From positions 1 through 51,448 of the forward strand of contig NW_021834162.1 of NCBI RefSeq assembly GCF_006345805.1: DNA of 51,448 bases. Reading direction: 5' to 3'. Of the stretch, positions 13,121-26,700 are shown piece after piece. Source of the stretch: Octopus sinensis. Lineage: Eukaryota. The notes under the pieces were generated by a model. The model did no database searches and was not told where the DNA came from. It saw nothing but the letters and a program-made list of their open reading frames with translations. How positions within the stretch are numbered: position 1 is the first letter of the stretch; each line of letters begins with the position of its first letter. The translations under genes and the position numbers were made by a program.

Positions 13121-15767
13121 CATGAATTTGTTGAAATGATCAATGTTGAAATAAACTGCAAATTTTTTAATAAAATATGGTCAAGTCACCAATGGTTACA
13201 TTTGTATACACTCATGTAAATCACAGTCATTTAAAATTTTGTGTTTTAATCATTTACCTTGGAAATTCAGTGTAATATTTGCATTAGATTCACCATTCTC
13301 ATTTGAAGCAACACACTTATATACTCCACCATCGGCTGGTGCTGGATCCTGCAAATAATAATTTAAAACTTAGATATAGTTAAGAATAAGAAAGAAGGAC
13401 ATAGCAATAAGTGAGAGTAGAAAACCCCACAAATTAATCAATAAATACGTAAATAAATCTTGAAGACCAGGCATTGATATCGTTATATCCATCCATTTTC
13501 ACTGCTCACTATTTCAGGGAGAGTTGGAGTAGAGTCCTCAGGTACTTCCTCCATAGGTTCCTATCAGAATCAGCTGTCTTTACAATTTCCTGCTGGATTC
13601 CAAACTAGGTCTTCTGTGATTGGTAAAATTAGCCAAACTTACTAACTTCGGTTCGGTTTCCATACCTATCCTCACCTATGGTTACGAACGTCAGATAATG
13701 ATTGAAAGAGTACAATTACAAATACAAGCAGATGAAATGGGTTCATCTGAAAGACCCCTAGAGTAATATCACTCAACAGAGACTATAGTTCAGAGATCAG
13801 GAACTCTCTTCAATTTGAGCTGCTATCTCTCTACAATGAGAGGTCACAGTTCTGTTACAACAAACATGTTGTTAGAATATTACAGGAAAGGATCACATGA
13901 CATATAATTAATTTATGCTATTCCCTAATGCTGTAACACTCAGGTATCATTTAAGCATAACTGGGTAAGAGTGTAATTATTTTTGATGATTAAAATGTCT
14001 ATGGACGATTTTAGAGCTTTTAACCTTTCTAATCTTCTGAGACCCCCTTCGGTCACGACACAGACTATTGGATTGCACCTAGAAAGTTTCCCAGGCACAT
14101 GTCCGGGTAAAGTTCCATGCCAGAAGTGTTATTCAAGGGAAAGGCAAGGGCCGATACAGCTTGGCACCTGTGATGTCACAACTCATTTCTACAGCTGAGT
14201 GAACTGGAGCAACGTGAAATAAAGTGTGTTGCTCAAGAACACAACACGCAGCCCGGTCTGGGATTCAAGCTCACAACCTCTTGATCATAAGCTCAACGCT
14301 CTAACCACTGAGCCATGTGCCTTCACAGTCTTATAATCTTACAGTCATAAACTGTTATTCATATCTTCAAATGTAACTTACTTTGATTGTCAGCACGATA
14401 ATATACATATTAGGACCTTTAGGGTCCTTAGTTGTTTGGATAGTGTAACGTCCACCTTGCTTGATTTCTGTAGCTTCACGAAACCATTTGATAACAGGTT
14501 GGGAGCTTGATTCAAGATTGCATGTCATTGTAAGTTGATTTTTCTGAGGTTGTTTTATAATAGGTTTTTGGGTGAAATGTGGAGCCTTGCCAGCTTCCCT
14601 ATTAGAAGAGAAAGTAAAAGAAAATATTGAGATTTAGGTACTTTAATGATAAACAATTAAAAACTTAATTTTTATATTGTTTATTAATTTTAGCAATTTT
14701 CAATTCCATTACTTAACATATTTTTATGTATATTTCTCACATTTGATTAACAGTTAAAACGAGACTAAAAATATCAAACAATTAACCATTGTAGAAATTG
14801 AGAAAAAATTGATTAAATACTTACGTTTGTTTACCTATTTTATGGAAATGAAAAGAAAGTAGAAAAAATATTAAAGTATATTATAAAAGTAGGCAATTCC
14901 AAAAAGCTAAATATATAATTTCTATTATGATAAAATGAACATACATATTTAAATATAGATTTTCATAAGTTTAACTTAGAGTTATATTTATACATTATAT
15001 TATATTATATCATATAAAGAATATTGTTAAATTTGATTGTTTCTAATAACATAATTATTTCAATATAATAATTAATGTACTTTTAATGGGATTAATGAAA
15101 CAACAGAAATTTCCTTAAATTCAATGGTGTCAATTTTAAAGCAATAGCTTCCTACTCTTATAATTTCATCCTCATTACTCACTCTATGTATATATTATAT
15201 ATATATATTTACATATATATATATATATATATATAAAATATATATAAAATATATATTTATATATATATTTATATATAATATTTATATATATTTATTATAT
15301 ATTCATATATATTTATATATTTACATATATAAAATATTATTAGAGACAAAACCACTATTTTGCAAAACAAACAAGAAGACTTAATATTGGATTTAATCCT
15401 AATCTGATTTTTCCCTGTAAATTTGGATTTATTCCCTAATATTATTATTATATAATATTGATAATTTTGTATATTGAGTGTAATACCGCAATTTCGTAAA
15501 TTATGGATTTTACAGGTAAGATAGAACCGCTGTTTTGGGATTATCTTTGAAAGATTCCTATTCCTTCTAAAATTTTATGTATTGATTAAGTCTTTCCTTG
15601 TTTGTTTTGCAAAATAGTGGTTTTGTCTCTAATAATATTTATAATATTTTACTATAAAATTGGATTTATCCTAAATCTGATTTTTCCCTGTAAATTTGGA
15701 TTTATTCCCTAATATTTATTATTTATATATATATATATATATTTACATATATATATATATATTTACA

Positions 15768-15853
<86 letters not shown>

Positions 15854-15854
15854 T

Positions 15855-15904
<50 letters not shown>

Positions 15905-18900
15905 ATATATATATATATATACATACACACACAAGATGAAATACATAAATGTATACATGTACAGATAACAAGAAAGTAAGAACTAGAGAACAGAAAGACA
16001 AACAGTAGAGTGAGACTCAGAGAGTGGAGTGAGAGAATAAAAATCTAAGAAATAAGCAAGCATAGAATTCATAAGCCAAAATTTAATTCTGCATAAATCC
16101 TGTTTACCTAAAGAAAGAACTAGATTGTATATTTATTTATAATTGTAATTGACAGTAATTAACTATTATCAAAGTACCTCATATTAGAAATCAAATAATA
16201 ATAACCTTATTGAACCTCATTTCAAAAATAGAAAAAAATATATAGACTTTCATGTATGAAGGTAATTCAAACATATTCATACATTAATATGTATTTCTTC
16301 TATTAAAAATCTACACAAAGCAGATTTATGCATCAGCTCGAAAATGATTATTTACAGAATATTTCCTGTGATGCTTTTATCTGCTGTTTGTGTTGGCAGA
16401 GCATTTTCAATGTTCTGTCCTTTATATAAAGTTAAAACAAGTTTTTGAAAAATATAAAATGTTAGTGCACTTACAAGTAAAGAAAAAAAAAAAGTTAAAA
16501 AGTAGACAAATTTAGAATGTTAAGGAAATAGAAAAATTCTGTGAAGAGTTGTTTATTAAGAATGATGTATTATAAAACAAATCATGTGATTGATTTTAAA
16601 GAAAGTTTTTGTACAAATGAAAAACAATATCAAAAAGATATAACGATAAATATTGAGAACTTAAAATAAACTATAAGCTTATTCTTATATGAGTGCGCTT
16701 AATTTTTATTTCTTTTACAATATACAAATTAAATGGAATTTTCTTAAAAAATATATCACTTCAAAGCGATTGTATGCAAATGCAAATGAATGTCTTCAAT
16801 CAAGCTGTTTAGAGCGCAGGTTAGTATTTCAAAACTTTTAAAGCAAACCTTTATACCATGTTTTCTTTTAAACAGCATAAAATATTGTTCACATCATTTG
16901 TGTCAACAAATGGAAAGCAAGCAAATGAATCTATAAAATATACTGTCTAATTAGCTGCATATAACAGATGTCGCTTTTGCGCAAGTTTTATTTTAAACAT
17001 TCATATTATATGAAGATTTTGTTGATATCTACCAACAGCATAGAAAATAAAGCAGTGATGGGTTAATTTCATTGCAGCTATGATCTAAAGTTATCTAATT
17101 TTAAAGCAGTACTTGTTTTGAGAATATGTATGTTCTGTTGTTTTGTCACTATGTGCAATAAAGTTAGATCAGTAGAGTTTAAAGTGCATAATCTTTGATA
17201 AGCTGATGAAATTTTAAAGATATATTTGTGTAATGTTAATTAAACTATAAACTAGATGTATATTTTTAACAGCACATATGTTTGCCTAAGTAAAAATTTA
17301 AAACAATATTTTCAGAAATTTTTGTAATCAAATCAACTTATATTGTAAATATAAATTAAAAAGAAAAATATAACCAAATTTAATTTTTTAAAATTCAATA
17401 TTATTCAGGAAGAATGCTTAACTTGCAAATCTCTTTGGTATTCTTAGTTCATTTCATAATTTGGAAAGTTGGTTTATTGTAGTAATTACAATTATACAAG
17501 GTTTTGAAACACCTTTGTAAAAAGTAAGGACCCCACTTCTGTTATGAATAACTATGGGATTGCACCTATAAAGTTACCCTCCAAGGCACAAGTCCAGGCA
17601 AAGTTGTTTGTGAAAGACCAACAGTCGCCCAAGCATACCAGCCCCCCGCTCTCTATGCCACTAATGTTATCAAAGGGAAAGGCAAAGGCTGATAACAGCT
17701 TGGCACCAGTGACATCTCAACTCATTTCTACAGTTGAGTGAACTGGAGCAATGTGAAAAAAAGTGTGTTGCTCAAGAACACAACACAAAGCCTGGTTCAG
17801 GAATTGAACTCACTACCTCATGATTGCGAGCCCAACGCTCTAACCACTGAGCCATACATCTTCATCCATGCTATTGTAAAGGCTCCAAATGCCCAAAATG
17901 CTTCTGGCATTCTCACTTGGCAGCTGCTGCTGGGATGAGTATTTGCTTCTCTATGATATATCGTGTTTTTAACACAGGAAGTCCCTAAGATATGTTATCT
18001 TAGGACAAATACCACAATAACTGGCCTATCGACAGAGTATATATGTCATTATGTAAGATACACAGCTGACTAAATAGCTAATGATATTAAAGTTGATTTC
18101 AAATCCATACCTATCTGTGGCAACAAATCATATGACTGAATGTCACATGACACATTCTCTGTTAGTCTTCAATTTTGTTTAAATATTTTACAATTTTGTT
18201 GCAACCAAGTAACAAAGATTAATCTTAGATCATTGTTAACAACCCACTTAATATACGACAAGGTTATTTCTGATGTTTTAAAATATTTTTGTTTTTGTTT
18301 TTAATATTTTTGTTGTTTTTGTAAAATCTCAGAAAATAATAAAAAATTTGTCTATCTAACTGTAAACATTTTAAATATTTCACTAACTTTTTGTTATAGC
18401 TTGGTAAAAGGGTACATTTTTTGCCAAAAATTGCTAAATTTGTTCCCACAGTCTTCTTTATCCACAAGGTACATCTCACAGATACTCTGGAGTGCATCAT
18501 CAGTAATGTTTCTGGTATCTTGGGGCATTTTAGATCTTACATCAGGCCCCCTCACCAGTCAGGGTTGATCAAGTTCCAGTCTGTATCCCAGTAGTAGCAA
18601 ACCACTGGTCTGCTCACTTTCCAAAGCTATCTGGTGACCTTTTCTGTAACTTCAGTAGTGGAATCCATTACTTACCAAATACATTTCCTGAACTTAATTG
18701 GTTGGTTTTAACACGACAAAATTAATGGGAACTAATTTTAATTTGCATATATCTTATTTGAAATGCTTTGTTTATTTTGCAAACTTCCTGAATTATTTGA
18801 ATGCTATTCTGTTTAAAATTGATGGTATTCTGTAATTTCATGTTTGTTGAACTGGACATTTTTAAAAGTGCCATTTTTGGATCACTGCAAACAAATCAAG

Positions 18901-19594
18901 TGACATGCCTGGTTTTAAAGGACAAATAATTGATGTTATGTTTTCTTTGTACATTTTTCTACAGGAATCTGGTCCCAATTAATATTTAAACTTATCTTAT
19001 TTTACATTCCTAATAAAAATTCGCATCTTGATCATTGAACGATCATGGGCTGGGTATATGTGTATGTATTATATGAGTATATTTATAAGAGTGTATAAAA
19101 ACGCTGCTCAGTGGATCAAGCTTTTTGCTTGAAATTTCATAAATACACACGTTGTCACACAAATATACGCACACACGAGCAGACAATGAATCACATGGGT
19201 GTGACTTAATATTTAAAGCAGACAAATTTTGAGGACATCACTCGTGGTTAGAATAAATGTTAGATTGGACAAAATAAAGTAACACTGAAATTTTGTACAA
19301 TATCGAATTACACTGGTTTAGGTATAACTTTTTACAAACTGCATGAATCCAGAAATATGTTGCTTTAATAAATTAACATTTTGAACAGTTTAGTTGAGCT
19401 GTCTTTGAAAGTTTCCAAACCTCAGCTATGGAATGCAATTGAATTTGCCTTATACAGTTCTCCAAATATCAGCAGCAAATCAACAGGGTTTCTGTCTTCA
19501 GCTACCAACAGAATTCAAAATCTTGATATTGATCTGTTTTTAATCAATAAAAATAAATCCTGAGACTCTGTGTGTTTGTCTGTGTGTATGTGAG

Positions 19595-19631
<37 letters not shown>

Positions 19632-22600
19632 ACATATGTATGTATGTATATATACACATACAGATTGATTAGATGTAGAGATAGAGAGATATATAGACAG
19701 ACAGATAGATATATAATTAGAGATAGCTCCAAAGATTCATGTAGATGTCTATTGAATTAAGAAATATTTTACTAGAGAGATATTTAGATGATATAGTATT
19801 TAAATTGATTAATAATTTTATAGTGAAATTAATAGGAGGAGAAAGGTTGAGAGTTAGAGTTTGAAGAATTTATTTGATTCCTGTTACCTTAAAAGTATTA
19901 GGCAAGAAAAGAGGTGCCACAGAAATGTGTCAATCATGGTGAAAGAAGAGTGTAGTGCCATAGGAAAGCTGTATTTGATCAGAAAGTGCACTTAAGTGAT
20001 AGAATAGAAAAAGTGGTTATAAGGAAAAATAGGATTTATTTTATTGCTTGGTCTGAATAAAACTTACCTTCAAAGTTTAAATTGATGGTGGCTGTAGATT
20101 CACCAGCAGTGTTTTTAGCAATAGCCTATATTCACCACCATCTGCACTGCCTACCTTATTGATTTCTAAAGAGATTGTATGGTTTTTACCAAGAGATCTG
20201 ATTTGCATTTTAATCCGCTGATTTTGAGATACAGTTTTGTTGTTGAGTTGCCAAGCTATATCTGGCTTAGGATCAGCTGTGAGCTTACACTCTATGATTA
20301 GTTTTTCTCCGAGCTGTCGGATTGCAGGTTTACTGGTGAACATAGGTTTGCCTTTCGGTTCTGCACCCATACCTAAAACACAAATTACAAACATAGACTG
20401 ATACATCAAGCAGGATACTTTTCATCTGGACATCTGCAGTAAAGACCGCTTGTGAAGATGCCATGAAACTATCCGTAAAGCTGCAAAACTTCTAGCTTAT
20501 GAAATATTAATTAGAGTGTTAATAAAAATTAACAATAAGCATTATTAGATCATTATCCATTACGTTCTATATGTTTTAATCTAGCAATTTGAATTCTGAC
20601 TGTATTCAGGTAAAATTACTCAAGTTTCAAAATTATTTTCAAAAGCATATGTTGTAGGTTTGCTGGTGAAAAATTATTCACTGGAAAATAACCGGATTCC
20701 TTTAACACCTGATAGCTGAGAGTATTTTATTTCATATTGCTCAGGAAAACACAACAGTTGTGGTCCTAGGATATATTATGGTTAAAGAGAATATAAATTA
20801 GCTTTTACTTTGTTTCTAGTAGCTTTTTATATTAAAAAGTTTTAAGTAATGTTTTCATCAGAATTTTGAAGAAACTTGAAGAATTGAATAACAAATGAAT
20901 GATTAATAGTAATGTTTATATTTTGAAATTTTTAGCCAAAAAGTTTTAAATGATAGATGCAATGTTGTTTTCTGTCAATACAATTCCTTCCATAGTTGTA
21001 TTTTGTTCTATAATGAACTTTTCCTAAGAGATAATTCTTGAATCATTATTCCAGTACAATCACTTGATGGCCACATAACTAGTACCCATGCTAGTCGCAC
21101 ATAAAAAGCACCCTTCGAATGCTGACGATGACGAATCAGGTAATAAATATATTATCCCCCACCTTCTAAGTGAATGCTTTATTTGATATTGAAGACACCC
21201 TGAACAGTCAGATGGTGTTATAGTCCAGAAAGTTCCTAAAAACAGCTAAAAATGCTGTAATATATAATATTATATATAGATATAGTGTCAAAAATTTCTA
21301 TTTCAGTAAGACTAAAAGTGATGCAGCTTCATTGTCAAGGCAGCAATACAGACAACAATAAAGACTAGACGAACACAATTCACATAAGAAAAATTTTTCA
21401 GATTTTTCTAATGTTAAAATTGTTAATAAAACTTTATAATACATTTTAGAAAATGCATTCAAATTAAAATTGAAATGTAAAAAAATAATAATAAATAATA
21501 ATGAATAATAAATAAATGCACTGAACATGATAGAATTAAAACAATAAAAAAAGATAACAATAAATAAAACTAAAATGTTGAAATATATAACGTAATAACA
21601 TTTGAAATAAAAATCAAAGAAGGATATAAAAATCAACTGGTCATGATGCATATATCGTTTATCTAATATTTTAACAGCATATATGCAAATGTAATGAATT
21701 CCATCAATTAATATATATCCTCTTTTAGATTTATTTTTAATGGATAATGATTATAAGATTAAAATTCAAAAATCTAATGCATCATTTTCCATTTACTCAG
21801 GAATTACTAAAACAAACCAAATATGACATGTGGCTTCTTGTGAACAGTTAATAATTCTCTCATCAAAGATAAACAGCTTCATGACCAGTCGAGAACAGAA
21901 CTAAATAAAAGGAAATGAAATTGATCATTGAGACTTCATAAATTAACAACTTTTATTTGCATTTCTTGAATCAATTCCAAAAGTTTGAATCACTTCCATT
22001 TCTTGAATCACTTCTAAAAGTTGGCACCAAACATACATTTTCCTATCTTTCTCATACTCACATGTCCCTTTAACCTAGTTTTCTCAACCATTTTTTACCT
22101 ATGGACCCCTTTGATTTCTATTTTTCTCTACCAGATACCCATAGTTAATTGATGTTTAAAAATTCTAATATATTTTTATAATTAAATATCATTAGGAATT
22201 GTATTCTAAAAAATTGTTAAAATAGGTGCAAGAGTGGCTTTGTGGTAAGTAGCTTGCTTACCAACCACATGGTTCCAGGTTCAGTCCCACTGCATGGCAC
22301 CTTGGGCAAGTGTCTTCTACTATATCCTCGGGCTGACCAAAGCCTTGTGAGTAGATTTGGTAGACGGAAACTGAAGGAAGCCTGTCATATGCGTATGTGT
22401 GTGTGTGTATGTGTTTATTGTCTGTGTTGGTTCCCCCATCATCGCTTGACAACCGATGCTGATGTGTTTACATCCCCGTAACTTAGTGGTTCAGCAAAAA
22501 GAGACCGATAGAATAAGTACTAGGCACACAAAGAATAAATCCTGGGGTTGATTTGCTTGACTAAAGGCAGTGCTCCAGCATGGCTGCAGTCAAATGACTG

Positions 22601-23459
22601 AAACAAGTAAAAGAGAGTCCACACAGAGAGGATTATGTTGTAATTAGGATTAGCTAAGCTACCTATTATAGAAAATGGCGCCTTAATATCAAAGTTTTTG
22701 TTGTGTACGGTTTTCCATTTATCAATATATTGCATTTGGCAATAAAATTTTCTTCAAGCAGAGAACTTTGTAATTTCAGTTTGTTTTCAAGTTTTAAAAT
22801 AACAGTCTGTCACGTTTTTAAGTTACATAATTAAATATTTTCATTAAGCAATTTCGATCAAATAATTTCCATCAAACACAAATGCAGAAGTTATTTTTAT
22901 TTAGTCTCCATAATCATTTTTTTTTGGGGGGGGGTTCATTTAACATATAACAATTAGAGGAATATGATTTTATGAATGAACAATGTGGTGAAAAGAATCA
23001 ATGAAAAATATATTCCATTCAAATATAGTATATTTTTAACTGATTCTATAAATGACTTCATCAATCCACTATGTCATGGAATAGTCGTAAATCTTTCTTA
23101 AAGTTACAGTATAAAACATGACAACAAATTTTATGATTTCCTGTTTTTGTTGTTGTTTTATCCATTTGTTTATTTTATTTACTTATTTTTTTGAAGTTCC
23201 ATATATTTATGATATTCCCCAAAATTTAGTTGGTATTGCATGCATACTGAAGTTAATCCATCACTCAGGAATTAACCAATATCTCACCACCACTTTTTTT
23301 TTTCACAGGTTTCTTTTAATATAACATTTTGTAATAATGGTTAAAGTTCAGCATTTATTATTTGGGTGTAAATACTGACATTTAACCACTGCAAAGAATA
23401 TATATATATATATGCATGTACCAAATACATATATGCATATATATATATGTATATGTATA

Positions 23460-23493
<34 letters not shown>

Positions 23494-23703
23494 CATATAT
23501 ATATTTGTATATGTACATACATATAGCTATAGATATATGTATGCCACTATTGCTAATGAGTGAAGGAAAAACAGAAATAATAATATATAAATATAAATAA
23601 TAAATGATGCATGATTTTAAAAACATTTAATGAAAATGGTAATGATAGAGAAGTCTCATTGCAATTGAAAAGTTAATCTATGTTGTATAAGGCTTTTTTC
23701 TTT

Positions 23704-23764
<61 letters not shown>

Positions 23765-26700
23765 TTATGCATAACAAAACATCACTTTGCTCGATATTTA
23801 TTTACAAATATATATGTATGTAAATTAGCAAGATCTGTTTAATGAGTCATCATCGTCATTTCATATCTGCTTTCCATACCGGTATGGATTTGATGGATTG
23901 TTATTGGCCAAGTCATTTTGTTATTTAAAATTACTGCATTCCTAGGCAATCAGAAATGATATCTCATTTGTATGTGTTATTTTGGGTTTTGATATTATAA
24001 CTGGATGCCGTTCTCAGTTCAATCACTCTACAGAGTGTACTGGGTACATTTTATTGTGATAGCAGTAGTGAAGTTGCCTTGTGATCCTGAAGGCTCTTCA
24101 TATATATATTTATAAATATATATATAATTTTTTTCGTAATGAGATAAAAAAACCAAGGCTCAGTAGATTTTAGAACATTATATATAGAAGGTCTTACAGC
24201 TGTTTCCAGGATATTTATTATATACCTTCATCAGAGATGGTGTGAGAGAATAGTTAAGTAATAGTTAATTTAGATATGATACAAAATAGAGAGTGAGGTG
24301 TAGGAAAGAAAATAAATGTGAGATATGTAGGGAAATTGAAGTTGTAGATCCATTTTTTAGGCAGAATGGTATATATGTAAGATTCCAATACTTTATGAGT
24401 AAAATCCAATAGTATTTGAAATTGGTCATTCCAAATATCAAGTCTATACACAGTGTATATATATATATATATAAGTAACTGAACACAACTTTATCATGGA
24501 TTACAACTGTAACCACTCCATTTCGAATGCCATTACATGTAAGTGATTTTATGTGAAAAGTTATGCAATATTTGTGATTGACTATATTGGAGTGACACTT
24601 CATCAGACTAACATCAAGTTGTGTGTTCTTACACTGTGTTTATAAGAGCGTGAGTGTATGTATATACACTTAACTGCTATCAGTTATTCATTTAATGGAT
24701 AAATCAATTATGTCAAACTATTTCTGTATTTACATTTATATATTGCTTATAAAGGCATTTTTTTATGTTGTAATTTTCTTATACTTCTTAACTCTTTCCA
24801 GTCCCTGATTGTGATCATGATGAAGTATATCTGTTTGATAAGGTTTGAATGAGGAGAATGAATTTGAATTAATTTGACCGAGTTTTATAATGTATTAGTA
24901 TGGTAGCATGCCCAACTAAATGCCTTGTGATAATTAGTGTTGTCTCCTTCTGCTTTGAGCTTAGATTCTGTTGAGATCAACTTCTGCTTTGAGCTTAGAT
25001 TCTGTTGAGTTCATCTTCTGCATTGAGCTTAGATTCTGTTGAGATCAACTTTTGCTTTGAGCTTAGATTCTGTTGAGATCAACTTTTGCTTTGAGCTTAG
25101 ATTCTGTTGAGATCAACTTCTGCTTTGAGCTTAGATTCTGTTGAGATCAATTTCTGCTTTGAGCTTAGATTCTGTTGAGATCAACTTCTGCTTTGAGCTT
25201 AGATTCTGTTGAGATCAACTTTTTGTTTTATCCTTGTCAGATTGATAAGCTAAGAGCAGTGAAATAGTGATGATGATTAAATTGTTCATACCCCCAACTG
25301 TACCAAAGTCAAACATTCATATTTTGATTTAATATGAAATGAATTTTGTTATTTAGTGCTTTTTCCTCAACATTACATTTAAGAGTAATCACTTTGCAAT
25401 TAATTATGAGACTTCTCAATTTAAAACATAGAAATTGTGTATACGGAATTAGTTTGTAGTAAATAATTATAATTAACTTAATGAACACTAAAATTATAAG
25501 ATGAAAACATGAATTTTCGGGGGGGAATCTTTTGGACCATACTTACTATCAAAGTTCAACTTAATGGTAGCATTGCTCTCTCCAAGATCATTCTTCGCCA
25601 CGATTTTATAAGACCCTGCATCAGCATTACCAACGTTTTTTATTTCTAGTGTGAGGGCATAAGCCTTGGGCCCTTTCGGATCCATGCGCATTGTAATGTT
25701 GCCTGAAAGGAAATAATTGTATCAATACATATTTTTATAACATGAATAATTTTACTTATAGAAGTATTAATATGATTTGAATTTCAAACTGTTATTAAAT
25801 CTTAATAATACTCTATATGCTGAAATTTAATGTCTATTTAAACTACTAAGATACATATTGTTATGAATGTTGTCAGCTTATATTGTAGTCCAAATTTTCT
25901 CTTCATAAACAGATTCAGCAGATAACAATTCTCAAAGGCAATTAAATAGACTAATAGTTTGATAAAAAACATATATTGCATAAAACTGATATTTTGGTAA
26001 TCTTCTTTAATAGCAATATTAGATACATGTCATATAAATATTAATGCATTAACAGATTGCGGGTTACTGGTAAGTTCCAGCGAACAAAATCTGCAACCTG
26101 GTTTTGATGCCTAACTATACCAGTTTCACCTCACTTATGCTTGTTTAAATATTTGGTGCTGTTGTTGCTATATGTTCCTTCTTGAGCCATGCCAGGCTCA
26201 TAAGAGCCGTTTTTCCGGTTTCATCGGCATATAGGTTCCCCACCTGGATGGGACGCTGGTCTGTTGCAGGTGAGCTTCTAGATGCAGGAGAAAAAAGTGA
26301 GAGAAAGTTGTGGCGAAAGAGTCAGCAGAAGTTTACCATTACCTTCTGCCAGAGTTGCATGGAGCTTAGGTGTTTTCACTCATAAACACACACATCACCT
26401 GGTCTGAGATTCGAACCCACAATCCCTCAACCATGAGTCCGCTTCTCTAACCATCAGGCCATGTGCCTCCACAAATATTTGGTACTACCTCAGAAATCTA
26501 TATCAACAATCAGCTTTATCTGTGATCATTCTCACATCTTTTATGATCTTCATGAAAGCATTAATGTCACACTAATTTCTTGCACTCTATAGGTCTGATT
26601 CCTTGTGTGACTCTGTAAGAAGTGTGTTCTCAGGTTATGTTAAAAGTAGCTTTCCAGTGTGATTATGTCAGAACACTAACATTTGACGGATATTTGTCCT

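Noticed and set aside
13470-13560. Exon-like [16 protein letters not shown] segment
   Set aside because: Poor pyrimidine tract and no good donor; exons 14382-14598 and 13258-13348 already join into a complete Ig; another frame resembles a LINE C-terminus.
15696-16001. ORF-track ORFs made of IYIY/CVCV/THTH runs (also near 2605, 9793, 23348, 37733, 45107)
   Set aside because: Translations of dinucleotide microsatellites.
17203-17209. Other isolated CTGATGA heptamers (also minus strand near 1310, 2315, 18500, 20805)
   Set aside because: No correctly spaced GAAA, stems or NUH site.
24947-25218. 34-bp array as a CRISPR
   Set aside because: Units are contiguous with no spacers, there are no cas genes, and the context is eukaryotic.
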